NCBI GenBank assembly: GCA_027452205.1 | Contig: DAIDGV010000015.1 | Span: 11,111-75,110, forward strand | Reading direction: 5' to 3' | Length of the DNA: 64,000 nt | Source: a candidate division FCPU426 bacterium | GTDB taxonomy: Bacteria > Oederibacteriota > Muellerivitia > Muellerivitales > Muellerivitaceae | Part shown: positions 18,733-27,676 of the stretch, in pieces | Numbering within the stretch: the stretch's first letter is position 1 | How the letters are laid out: the number at the start of each line of letters is the position of its first letter | The notes under the pieces: model-generated | The model's input: only the letters and a program-made list of their open reading frames with translations | Database searches by the model: none | What the model was told of the DNA's origin: nothing | Made by a program: the position numbers and the translations under genes

Positions 18733-18757
18733 AGGTTGATAACAACATTATCAACCT
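18733..18757. promoter_or_regulatory. Perfect 10-5-10 palindrome (operator or hairpin) between mutS and the giant gene
   Basis: AGGTTGATAA-CAACA-TTATCAACCT. Confidence 0.45.
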
Positions 18758-18802
18758 CACCAATCTGGATTTAGAGTGGAAATAAAGGGATTTGAAGCCG
18801 AA

Positions 18803-21442
18803 TTATTCCTGGATCTTCTTTTTCCATTCGGCCAAAAGATTCAAGGCATCCCGGGGAGTCAGGTCGTCCAATTCCAGGCTTTTAAGCTCTTCCAAAATGG
18901 GGTGGCTGGTCCCCGCCCCACCGAAGAAAGTGAGCTGATTGAGCCCTTCCGTGGAGGGGACTTGCGGTTGAGGCTCATCGGTTTCGGAGGCCTTTTCTTT
19001 TTTGACCGTGAAAGGATTGCCGGTCTCCAAGCTGGCCAGTATCTTCTTGGACCTTTCGACCACCGACTTGGGCACTCCCGCCAAACGGGCCACCTGGATG
19101 CCATAGCTCTTGTCCGTGCCGCCTTCCACGATCTTGCGTAGGAAAAGGATCTGCTCGTTCCATTCCCGCACCGCGATATTGAAGTTCTTCACGTTCGGGA
19201 AGGAGGAGGCCAAACGGGTCAGTTCGTGATAATGGGTAGCAAAGAGGGTGCGGGCCTTTAGCTTTTGGGCGATATGTTCCACCACCGCCCAAGCGATGGA
19301 GACTCCGTCAAAGGTGGATGTTCCCCGGCCAACCTCATCCAAGATAAGAAGGCTTCGGTTGGTGGCGTGATTGAGGATATTGGCGGTCTCGACCATTTCC
19401 ACCATGAAGGTACTTTGGCCCTGGGTAAGGGCATCCGAAGCGCCAACTCGGGAGAAAATACGGTCTACAATGCCGATCTTCATCTTCTTCGCGGGCACAT
19501 AGAACCCGACCTGGGCCATCAGCGCAAGCAGGGCCACCTGGCGGATATAGGTACTCTTCCCCGCCATATTAGGACCGGTCAAGACCACCACTTCGACCCC
19601 ATCCACTCCTAAGTGAGTGTCATTGGGCACGAATTGGTCCGAGGAAAGAATGCGGTCCAACACTGGGTGGCGGCCATCCACAATGGCGAGCTCAGAAGAA
19701 TCATCCACTTCAGGCCGCACATGACGGCCTGCGTCGGCCACTGTGGCCATACAACCGAATACGTCCAACTCGGCGATAATGCGGGCCACCCGTTGGAGCC
19801 GGTGCAGTTCCTTGGCCACTTGCGAGCGAATCGCGTCAAAAAGTTCATACTCGGTCCGGTCAGCCTTGTCCTGTGCCCCCAGTATCTTGCCTTCCATGTC
19901 TTTCAATTCTTGGGTGATGAAGCGCTCCGCATTCACCAGGGTCTGCTTGCGGTGGTAATCCTTGGGCACCTTGTCCAGGTTTGCTTTTGAGACCTCGATG
20001 TAATAACCGAAGACCGAGGTGTAACGCACTTTGAGGGAACTGATACCGGTCTTTTTCTTTTCCTTCTCTTCCAGGTTCGCGATCCATTGTTTGCCCTCAA
20101 TGGAGGCGCTTTTGAACTCGTCCAATTCAGCGTTATAGCCGGCCTTGATAAGCCCGCCTTCTTTTAAGGCTAGGGGCGGTTCATCGGCGATGGATTTCTC
20201 CAAAAGGTGGTGGATCTCTTTGAGGTTGTCCCACCCTTCCACCTTTTCGCGCAGCCATTCAGCCTTAAAACCTGAAAGAACTTGGTGGATCTTGGGCAAA
20301 AGGGCCAGGGTATTGCGTAAAGCCACCATATCCCGGGCATTGGCGGTACCACAGCCGATACGGCCCGAAAGACGTTCTAGGTCGGAAACTTCCCTGAAGA
20401 AATCCCTCAAATTTTCCAGGTCGCCCTTGCGGGATAAAAGCTCTTCCACCGCGTCCTGTCGGTGTTTGATCTGGGAAACCGAAGTCAGGGGCGTGACCAA
20501 CCATTGACGCAAGAGCCGCCCGCCCATCGAAGTGACCGTTTCATCCAACACCGATAGCAGTGTTCCTTCTTTGCCGCCATCCCTCATGGATTTGACCACT
20601 TCCAAATTGCGTTGGGTGGCTGCGTCCAGGACCATCCCCTCACCCACTTGGAAGGTCGAAAGGGTCACTAAGTGGGAAAGAACGCTATGAGTGGTCTCTT
20701 TGAGATATTGGATGATGGCCCCCGCCGAACAGATAGCCTGGTTCTGGTCTGACAGACCGAATCCATCCAGGGACTTCACTTGAAAATGTTCCAGCAGGAC
20801 TTCTTTGCATTCGTCCCCGGAGAATTTCCAGTCTTCCATGTGGGACTTCTTGGTGTCATTGAGGGACTTGATGACCTCCGCCCATTCCGATACGTCGGGC
20901 TGGGTATTGGCGACGAGTATCTCAGAGGGATTGAACTTTGATAGTTCATTCGTCGCTACGGAGAACCGGTCTGAACCATGCAATTCGCAGGTCTTGAACT
21001 CACCCGTGGTCACATCCACGATGGCTAGACCTAAAGCCTGGGTGGAATAAGAAAGGGCGGCTAGATAATTGTTGGATTTCTCATCCAGCATAGCGGCGGA
21101 AAGCACCGTGCCCGGGGTGATGACCCGGGTAACCTCGCGTTTGACCAAACCCTTGGCCTGGGCCGGGTCTTCGGTCTGTTCACAGATGGCAATGGAAAAA
21201 CCCGCCTTGACCAAGCGGGCAATATAGTTCTCGGAGGCGTGGTAAGGGATACCCGCCATTGGCACCCGGGTAGCGCCAGCACCCCGGGCGGTCAGGGTCA
21301 GGTTCAGGACCCGGGCCGCTGTCTTGGCGTCCTCGAAGAACATCTCGTAAAAATCGCCAAGACGGAAAAAGAGCATCTCGTCCTTATGGACGCGTTTCAT
21401 TTCCAGATATTGCCGCATCATCGGCGTTAATTCTTCGGACAT
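18803..21442 (-). CDS. mutS: DNA mismatch repair protein MutS
   Basis: TPMMRQY, FRLGDFYEMF, TGPNMAGKST, STFMVEM, DEVGRGTST, ATHYHEL, SYGIQVA. Confidence 0.98.
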   Translation of the reverse strand: MSEELTPMMRQYLEMKRVHKDEMLFFRLGDFYEMFFEDAKTAARVLNLTLTARGAGATRVPMAGIPYHASENYIARLVKAGFSIAICEQTEDPAQAKGLVKREVTRVITPGTVLSAAMLDEKSNNYLAALSYSTQALGLAIVDVTTGEFKTCELHGSDRFSVATNELSKFNPSEILVANTQPDVSEWAEVIKSLNDTKKSHMEDWKFSGDECKEVLLEHFQVKSLDGFGLSDQNQAICSAGAIIQYLKETTHSVLSHLVTLSTFQVGEGMVLDAATQRNLEVVKSMRDGGKEGTLLSVLDETVTSMGGRLLRQWLVTPLTSVSQIKHRQDAVEELLSRKGDLENLRDFFREVSDLERLSGRIGCGTANARDMVALRNTLALLPKIHQVLSGFKAEWLREKVEGWDNLKEIHHLLEKSIADEPPLALKEGGLIKAGYNAELDEFKSASIEGKQWIANLEEKEKKKTGISSLKVRYTSVFGYYIEVSKANLDKVPKDYHRKQTLVNAERFITQELKDMEGKILGAQDKADRTEYELFDAIRSQVAKELHRLQRVARIIAELDVFGCMATVADAGRHVRPEVDDSSELAIVDGRHPVLDRILSSDQFVPNDTHLGVDGVEVVVLTGPNMAGKSTYIRQVALLALMAQVGFYVPAKKMKIGIVDRIFSRVGASDALTQGQSTFMVEMVETANILNHATNRSLLILDEVGRGTSTFDGVSIAWAVVEHIAQKLKARTLFATHYHELTRLASSFPNVKNFNIAVREWNEQILFLRKIVEGGTDKSYGIQVARLAGVPKSVVERSKKILASLETGNPFTVKKEKASETDEPQPQVPSTEGLNQLTFFGGAGTSHPILEELKSLELDDLTPRDALNLLAEWKKKIQE

Positions 21443-21453
21443 AAAAACCTTTG

Positions 21454-21920
21454 AACCACAGAGTACACAGAGTTCACAGAGTAAATCAAAATCAGAGGAC
21501 TATTCTTTTAACGCCATTTTTCATCGAAGCAACATTGAAATTGAGAAGTAATCCAATTCTTTTTTCCGTTAATTTCAAATACGTCAAAAGTTGAGCCTCA
21601 TGGACAGGTTTAACTTCTTCTACGGCTTTCAGCTCAACAATAACCTGATCCTCGACCAAAAGATCAATCCTAAAACCAGCGTCTAACTCAACTTCTTTAT
21701 ATCGAACAGGGACCGGCACTTGCTGTTCAACCTTCAAAGCTCGTGATTTCAACTCATACAACAAACAATGTTCATAGGCACTTTCCAACAACCCGGGGCC
21801 CAATTGAGTATGAACCGCATAAGCCGAATCCACGACCGCACCAGATATCTTATTCGTTTCTTCAGAAATCAAATTTTGGTTTTTCATTTTAACTCTGTGT
21901 ACTCTGTGTACTCTGTGGTT
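21454..21920. mobile_element. Inverted-repeat-bounded GxxExxY cassette (9-mer family, copy A)
   Basis: 29-bp arms 21454-21482 AACCACAGAGTACACAGAGTTCACAGAGT and 21892-21920 (reverse complement, 1 mismatch) enclose only the GxxExxY ORF. Confidence 0.7.
21492..21887 (-). CDS. GxxExxY protein (PD-(D/E)xK nuclease superfamily)
   Basis: LGPGLLESAY, RIDLLVEDQVIVELK, HEAQLLTYLK, GLLLNFN; visibly AT-richer than its neighbours. Confidence 0.95.
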   Translation of the reverse strand: MKNQNLISEETNKISGAVVDSAYAVHTQLGPGLLESAYEHCLLYELKSRALKVEQQVPVPVRYKEVELDAGFRIDLLVEDQVIVELKAVEEVKPVHEAQLLTYLKLTEKRIGLLLNFNVASMKNGVKRIVL

Positions 21921-21928
21921 AAAGTGTT

Positions 21929-23200
21929 TTAATCCTCAACAACGATGGCTTTTTCTTTGATCCGCTTCGACAACTTGTTGGCCAGCTTCTGGGCGGCGGT
22001 GCGGGTGGCAAAATGCCCGGTGCGCAGCTTATAAAGAACATAAGTTCCATCCGCCGCGTTCACCGTGACCACGTAATATTTATATCCTGCTTTGCGCAAG
22101 CCTTTTTCAGTCAGAAGAAGGTTGGCCTTCTTGGAATAGACCCCGATCTGCACATGGTAAGGGGTGGATTTGAGCACCGGTTGATCCACCGTCGCTTCTT
22201 GTTCCGCCTCTTCGGGCGTAGCGGCCTCTTCGATTGGCGTCGCCTCTTCGGTCTCGACCACGGTCGGGGTCACTCCTACTGTTGCAAAAGGCGGCACCAG
22301 GGCCGGAGTGGCCGTAACAGCAACCGTCACGGTCGGTGTAGGAACGATCGTGACGGAGGCTTGCAACGCAGGGTGCGTTTTAAGTAGTTCCGCCATACGC
22401 GTCTGGGCCTCGCCCACTTCGATCGCTTTAGGGTAATTGCTGACCAGCGTTTGATAGGCGGCGAAAGCTTGCTTCCATTTTTTCTCCATCTCATAGGTCT
22501 CACCCAACTTCAGATAGACCAGATTCAATTCGTCGTAAGTGGCATATTGATCCAGGATGCGTAAATAGCGATTCTCGGCATCGGAGAACTTTTGGGTCTT
22601 GAAGTAAGCGTTCCCCATGCCCAACAAAGCCTTGGGCGCCCAATTAGTTTGTTTCCCTTGATCCATGACCTTTTCGAACTCTTTGATGGCCAACTCGGTC
22701 TGTTCCGCCGCCAAATAGGAAGATCCCAACCAGTAGTGCACTTCCACCGCCATCGGGCTTTTTTCATAATGGTCTAGGAACTCTTTATAGGCCGAAGCCG
22801 CGTCCTCGTATTTGTCGGCCAAATAATATCGGTCGGCCAATTCCTTCTGGGCTTCCATTCCCTCGGGCTGGTCCTCGTATTCGGCGGCCACTTCCTGCAA
22901 CTGGGCCACCGACACTTCGAAATCCTCTTGCACTTTGGCCAGCATCAAGCGAGCCTGAGGAATGATACTGTCCATCGGGTGCTCCGCCACCAGGGGAGCC
23001 AGGATATCCTTGCAGTCTTTATAATCCTTATCGGCGAAATACTTCTTGGCCTTTTCGAAAAGTTCTTTCGTTTCGCCCGCCACCGGGGTAACCACGGAAT
23101 CTATCTCTTTTTTTTGGGCCGCCTCATCCGCCGCGATATCCGCCAATGCGGCCGATGTGACCATAAAACAGAGGAAAAGAAACCAAAGGGATCGACGCAT
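21929..23200 (-). CDS. Periplasmic TPR-repeat protein with C-terminal SPOR domain
   Basis: Signal peptide, multiple TPRs, P/T/E linker, YHVQIGVYS...YKLRTGHF. Confidence 0.85.
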   Translation of the reverse strand: MRRSLWFLFLCFMVTSAALADIAADEAAQKKEIDSVVTPVAGETKELFEKAKKYFADKDYKDCKDILAPLVAEHPMDSIIPQARLMLAKVQEDFEVSVAQLQEVAAEYEDQPEGMEAQKELADRYYLADKYEDAASAYKEFLDHYEKSPMAVEVHYWLGSSYLAAEQTELAIKEFEKVMDQGKQTNWAPKALLGMGNAYFKTQKFSDAENRYLRILDQYATYDELNLVYLKLGETYEMEKKWKQAFAAYQTLVSNYPKAIEVGEAQTRMAELLKTHPALQASVTIVPTPTVTVAVTATPALVPPFATVGVTPTVVETEEATPIEEAATPEEAEQEATVDQPVLKSTPYHVQIGVYSKKANLLLTEKGLRKAGYKYYVVTVNAADGTYVLYKLRTGHFATRTAAQKLANKLSKRIKEKAIVVED

Positions 23201-23217
23201 AGAACCTCGCTTGGAAA

Positions 23218-24567
23218 TTAGGATTGGACCGTACCGTACAGATTGGCCACCTTATGGCGGTCAATTTTCACTTTAACCATATCCCCCGTCCGATAACCAT
23301 CGCCCAAAAAGACCACCGTTCGGTTCTGTCGGCTTTTGCCATAGAACCCGCCAGGGGTCTTATCCGCCGGGCCATCCACCAGCACTTCTTCGACCTTGCC
23401 CAAACGGGTTTCACAGGCTTGAGCGGCATGTTTCCAGGCTAATTCGTTCAACCGGGCAAGGCGCTCATCCTTCACTTCTTCCGGCACTTGGTCCAGCATT
23501 CGGGCGGCCACCGTGCCGATACGGGGCGAGTATTTAAAACTATAAACCGCGTCATAACGGATCTGTTCGAGTAGGTCCATCGTGCCTTGGAAATCCTCGT
23601 CGGTCTCGCCGGGAAAACCCACGATCAGGTCCGTGGTCATGAAGAGGTCCTTGATGGAGGACCGCAGTTTTTGGACCCGCTCCAGATAATGCTCCACCGT
23701 GTATTTACGGCTCATGCGTTTCAGTATACGGTCCGACCCGCATTGAACGGGCAAATGGATGGATTCACAGACCGAAGACTCGCTGGCCATGACCTCGACC
23801 AGATCATCCGGCAAGTCCAAAGGATGGGAAGTCATGAAGCGAACACGCTCAATACCCTTCACCCGAGCCACTTCACGAAGCAATTCTGAAAAGGTAATGG
23901 TCTTGCCCCGAGACTTGAGCCCCAAGCCATAGGAATTGACGTTCTGTCCTAAAAGCATCACTTCCTTGACACCCGCTTGGGCTAGCTTTTGGGTTTCAAA
24001 CACAATATCTTCGGAGGGGCGGGATATCTCGCGGCCCCGGGTAAAAGGCACCACGCAGAAGGTGCAAAACTTATCGCAACCTTTCATGATCTCAATGAAG
24101 GCTTTGTGTGGTTGGGAAAGTCGGTTGACGTCATTCTCAGGGAAATAGATGGGATCGAAGTCCGCCAGGACCTGGCTCTTGCCGGTTTGCGACGCTTCTC
24201 GGATAACTTGGGGCACTTTTAAATATTGGTCTGGGCCAACCACCATATCCAGGTGTGGCGCCCTTTCGAGCAGTTGGTCTTTATAGCTGGTCGCCATGCA
24301 ACCCATGACCCCGACGACCCGACCCTCTTTTTGCTTTTTCCACTCGCCCAGTTGCCCTAAGCGGGAAAACACCTTGTCCTCGGCGTGGGCGCGGATAGAA
24401 CAGGTATTAAAAAGGATCACATCAGCGTCATTGATCTCGTTGGTGAAAGAAAAATGGTCTTTGACCAAAAGGCTGGAAACGTGATCCGACTCAAGCACGT
24501 TGGACTGGCAGCCGAAGGTTTCCATGAAAACCTTCTTTTCGGTTGTGGGGTTCATCGATGTTTCCAT
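23218..24567 (-). CDS. miaB: tRNA methylthiotransferase MiaB
   Basis: TFGCQSN, NTCSIR.HAEDK, GCDKFCTFCVVPFTRGRE, YSPR.GT, TRAM domain. Confidence 0.95.
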   Translation of the reverse strand: METSMNPTTEKKVFMETFGCQSNVLESDHVSSLLVKDHFSFTNEINDADVILFNTCSIRAHAEDKVFSRLGQLGEWKKQKEGRVVGVMGCMATSYKDQLLERAPHLDMVVGPDQYLKVPQVIREASQTGKSQVLADFDPIYFPENDVNRLSQPHKAFIEIMKGCDKFCTFCVVPFTRGREISRPSEDIVFETQKLAQAGVKEVMLLGQNVNSYGLGLKSRGKTITFSELLREVARVKGIERVRFMTSHPLDLPDDLVEVMASESSVCESIHLPVQCGSDRILKRMSRKYTVEHYLERVQKLRSSIKDLFMTTDLIVGFPGETDEDFQGTMDLLEQIRYDAVYSFKYSPRIGTVAARMLDQVPEEVKDERLARLNELAWKHAAQACETRLGKVEEVLVDGPADKTPGGFYGKSRQNRTVVFLGDGYRTGDMVKVKIDRHKVANLYGTVQS

Positions 24568-24656
24568 GCGGGATAGCGGCCTTTAGAAGAATGAAGAGGG
24601 TGGATTTTAGTTTGTTTTAAGGGCGATGACAACCCGCCCCGGGGCTTCAAAGGGCC

Positions 24657-24956
24657 CTATTTGCGGGCGTTCATGATGAAAAGAGCGATGAAGAAGGCGA
24701 TAAGAAGGATCGCGCCACGGAGAAGCCAGCGCGTGCGGTTGACCGAAAATCCCTTCCGGCCAGGTTCGGGCATTTTCATGAGCCCTTCAAAACCCTGGGC
24801 TTCTTCCCAGTTAAAAACCTTGCCTTCCGAATCATAGACCACCGGCAAGCTTGCGCCACAACGTCCACAAATGTGGTTCTCCGCAACGTTAAAAGCCCCG
24901 CACTTGAAGCACTTGACGTCCTTGTTCTTCGGCGTGGGGGTCAACGGTTGTGGCAT
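24657..24956 (-). CDS. Small zinc-ribbon protein with C-terminal TM helix
   Basis: CFKCG...CGRCGASL; hydrophobic C-terminus. Confidence 0.75.
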   Translation of the reverse strand: MPQPLTPTPKNKDVKCFKCGAFNVAENHICGRCGASLPVVYDSEGKVFNWEEAQGFEGLMKMPEPGRKGFSVNRTRWLLRGAILLIAFFIALFIMNARK

Positions 24957-24962
24957 GGATGC

Positions 24963-25643
24963 TTAGTTGGATTGTTCGGGGGTCGGTTCAGCCGCAGGGG
25001 TCTCGGCTTCGCCCATAGGGGTCTCGGCCTGTTCCATCGGCGTCAAACCCATCTTGGTCTCACGACGACGCAACTCCCCTTCCATTTCCTTGAGGAAACC
25101 CGGCGAGGGACGGTCCCCTGCCAATTCTTGGATCTCGGAGACCTTCGGCAGGTCGGCCAGATCTTTCAAACCAAAGTGGATCAAGAACTCGGTGGTGGTT
25201 CCATAAAGCAAAGGACGACCTGGGGTTTCGGCACGGCCCAGGATACGGATCATGCGCTTTTCAAGCAGGGACTGCACGAGGTTGCTCACCTCGACCCCGC
25301 GGATCGCTTCAACTTCCGCCCGGGTAACGGGCTGTTTATAGGCGATGATGGCCAGTGCCTCTAATGAGGCTTTGGACAAGCGGGTCTTGGAAATGACTTT
25401 GTAAAGTTCTTTGGCCCAGCGGTGATATTCGGGCCGCGTGACCAATTGATAACCCTCGGCGACCTGCACCAATTGAAAGCTGCGGTCCAGTTGATTGATA
25501 TCTTCCCTCAAAGAAGCGAAGGCCTGTTCGACTTCTTCTAATGATCCATCCTTCAAGAACGCAGCGACCTTTTTGGCCGGCAGGGGCGAGTCGCTGACGA
25601 ACAGAAGGCTTTCCAGGACTTTTTTGAGCTTATCGATTTCCAT
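24963..25643 (-). CDS. scpB: SMC-Scp complex subunit ScpB
   Basis: LSKASLEALAIIAYKQPVTRAEVEAIRGV, PGRPLLYGTT..FL.HFGL. Confidence 0.96.
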   Translation of the reverse strand: MEIDKLKKVLESLLFVSDSPLPAKKVAAFLKDGSLEEVEQAFASLREDINQLDRSFQLVQVAEGYQLVTRPEYHRWAKELYKVISKTRLSKASLEALAIIAYKQPVTRAEVEAIRGVEVSNLVQSLLEKRMIRILGRAETPGRPLLYGTTTEFLIHFGLKDLADLPKVSEIQELAGDRPSPGFLKEMEGELRRRETKMGLTPMEQAETPMGEAETPAAEPTPEQSN

Positions 25644-25677
25644 GAACTTCCTCTTAAATTCTAAAGATCAAACCTTG

Positions 25678-25780
25678 AACCACAGGCTGCCTCCGGCAGC
25701 CACAGAGTACACAGAGTTTGGATTTTTACCAAAACCTTAATTCTTTGTCTCACTCTGAGCACTCTGTGTACTCTGTAGTT
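25678..25780. repeat. Gene-less 9-mer-family inverted-repeat element (copy B) between scpA and scpB
   Basis: Left arm AACCACAG[GCTGCCTCCGGCAGC]CACAGAGTACACAGAGT; right arm ACTCTGAGCACTCTGTGTACTCTGTAGTT. Confidence 0.88.
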
Positions 25781-25789
25781 AGATTGTTT

Positions 25790-26641
25790 TCAAATCGTTT
25801 CCGGCGAATTGGCCGGCATCTCAGCTTGCAACAAGTGAACTTCGATCTCCCCAAAGATCTTGTTCTGTACCACCCGGACCAGCTTTAGGCGCACCAACTC
25901 GAGCAAGGCCAATAAGGCCACTACCTTTTCCATCTTGGTGCGGCAAGCCGTCAAGATAGGACGGAAGACGATACGTCGGTCGCTTTGTTGCAGCAGATCC
26001 ATCAGGTCGTTGATCTTCTGGCTGACGGTGATCTCAGGACGCACCAATTCGGCGGTGACATCCTCTTGGGTATGGATGAGCACGTCCTTGAAGGCCGCCA
26101 AGAGACCGAACAAAGTGACCTCTTCCAAATGTTCCTCTTCACCCACTTCTTTCATGTCACTCGGCACGTTACGGGGGAAAAGATGGGCCCGACCCTTTTC
26201 CATCTCTTGCAACTGGTCGGCGGCATCCTTGAACTTCTTATATTCAACCAGTCGGCGCATCAACTCCAACCGCGGGTCCTCTTCCGGCTCGTCAGGCGAA
26301 GGATCGATGGGCAGCAACATGCGGCTCTTGATCTGCATCAGGGTAGCCGCCATCACCAAAAAGTCCCCGGCGATCTCCAGGTTCAGGGACCGCATGACCT
26401 CGAGATAATCGAGGTATTCCCGGGTGATCTTGGAGATATGGATGTCGTAGATGTCCAGCTCATGCTCCCGGATGAGGTGGAGCAAAAGGTCCATTGGTCC
26501 GTCAAAGAGCGGGATGGTGATCTGGTAGGTCGGACGCGAGTCTTCCTGGTTGATGATCTCACGGATCATTACCGTAGCCACGTCCTTGGACAGAGCGACG
26601 CTAACGGGTTCGGTCGGGGTTTCGGGTGTTTGATCGGTCAT
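25790..26641 (-). CDS. scpA: Segregation/condensation protein ScpA
   Basis: FDGPMDLLLHLI, FLVMAATLMQIKSRMLLP, LALLELVR...QNKIFGEI. Confidence 0.96.
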   Translation of the reverse strand: MTDQTPETPTEPVSVALSKDVATVMIREIINQEDSRPTYQITIPLFDGPMDLLLHLIREHELDIYDIHISKITREYLDYLEVMRSLNLEIAGDFLVMAATLMQIKSRMLLPIDPSPDEPEEDPRLELMRRLVEYKKFKDAADQLQEMEKGRAHLFPRNVPSDMKEVGEEEHLEEVTLFGLLAAFKDVLIHTQEDVTAELVRPEITVSQKINDLMDLLQQSDRRIVFRPILTACRTKMEKVVALLALLELVRLKLVRVVQNKIFGEIEVHLLQAEMPANSPETI

Positions 26642-26645
26642 GAAC

Positions 26646-27668
26646 TTAGTCGAGAAGCCTTTTTTTGATCTGGGAGGACGGGATGCCGACGGCCTCGTAA
26701 ACCTGTTCCATGGTAGGGGCGACGATCTTCCTTACTTTCTTGGCACCTTCGATGAGCACATCTTCCACCAGTTCCGGCTTTTCATCCATCTTTTTCCGTT
26801 TTTCGCGCCGTTCCCCGCCGAAAGTTTCCTCTAATTTTGCCAATAAAAGTTTCTTGGCGTCGCCATAACCCATGCCACCCTGACGGAAAGCGTTGTCCAT
26901 GACCTGGAATTCGGCTTCAGTGGCCAACAATTTATAGAGCTGGCAAATAATACTATTATCCGGGTCTTTCGGTTCGGCCACGCCTTTGGAGTCCGTCACG
27001 ATACCCATGACCTTTTTCTTGATCTCGGAGGGCTCCCCGAAGATAGGGATGACACTGGCTTCATCGCTCTTGCTCATCTTGCCGCCGGTCAAGCCCATCA
27101 CCTTGGGGGCTGTTCCCAGAACGCCCTCGGGCAATTTGAAAACGTCCTTCTTGAAGGTGTGGTTGAAATAGCCAGCCATGTCCCGGCACATTTCGATATG
27201 TTGGATCTGGTCCTGCCCCACCGGCACCTTGTCACTTTGGTAAATGAGGATATCCGCCGCCATCAAAGTTGGGTAATAGAACAATCCCAAGGTAGGCGCG
27301 ATACCCTTGGCCACTTTGTCTTTATAAGAGTGGGCCCGTTCCATCAATCCCATGCCAGTCACGGTGCTGAGAATCCAAGAAAGTTCGGTCACTTCGGGCA
27401 CATCGCTTTGACGGAACAAGAGGGCTTTTTGCGGGTCAAGCCCTAAGGCCAAGTAGTCCGCCGCGGCGTCAAAGGTATATTTCGCCAAAAGTCTGGCATC
27501 TTGAAGGGTCGTGAGGGAATGATAATTGGCAACGAAATAGAGGCACTCTCCCTGGTCTTGGAGCCGGATGTGGTTCTGGATCGCGCCAAAGTAGTTGCCC
27601 AAATGCAAACGACCGCTGGGCTGGACACCGGATAAATAACGAACGGGCTTTTGGGGTTCGGGTGACAT
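26646..27668 (-). CDS. trpS: Tryptophan--tRNA ligase
   Basis: SGVQPSGRLHLGNYFGA, YPTLMAADIL, VPVGQDQ.QH.E, KMSKS; start moved to ATG 27668 (GAGG upstream). Confidence 0.96.
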   Translation of the reverse strand: MSPEPQKPVRYLSGVQPSGRLHLGNYFGAIQNHIRLQDQGECLYFVANYHSLTTLQDARLLAKYTFDAAADYLALGLDPQKALLFRQSDVPEVTELSWILSTVTGMGLMERAHSYKDKVAKGIAPTLGLFYYPTLMAADILIYQSDKVPVGQDQIQHIEMCRDMAGYFNHTFKKDVFKLPEGVLGTAPKVMGLTGGKMSKSDEASVIPIFGEPSEIKKKVMGIVTDSKGVAEPKDPDNSIICQLYKLLATEAEFQVMDNAFRQGGMGYGDAKKLLLAKLEETFGGERREKRKKMDEKPELVEDVLIEGAKKVRKIVAPTMEQVYEAVGIPSSQIKKRLLD

Positions 27669-27676
27669 AGGACCTC

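Noticed and set aside
21454..21482. 9-mer and 7-mer arrays as CRISPR or simple VNTR
   Set aside because: No unique spacers or cas genes, and the units occur as paired inverted arms at several loci rather than as a single tandem array.
21887..21931. Read-through fusion of the SPOR gene into GxxExxY via the 9-mer arm
   Set aside because: 41 nt separate the stop from the ATG, so the frames differ.
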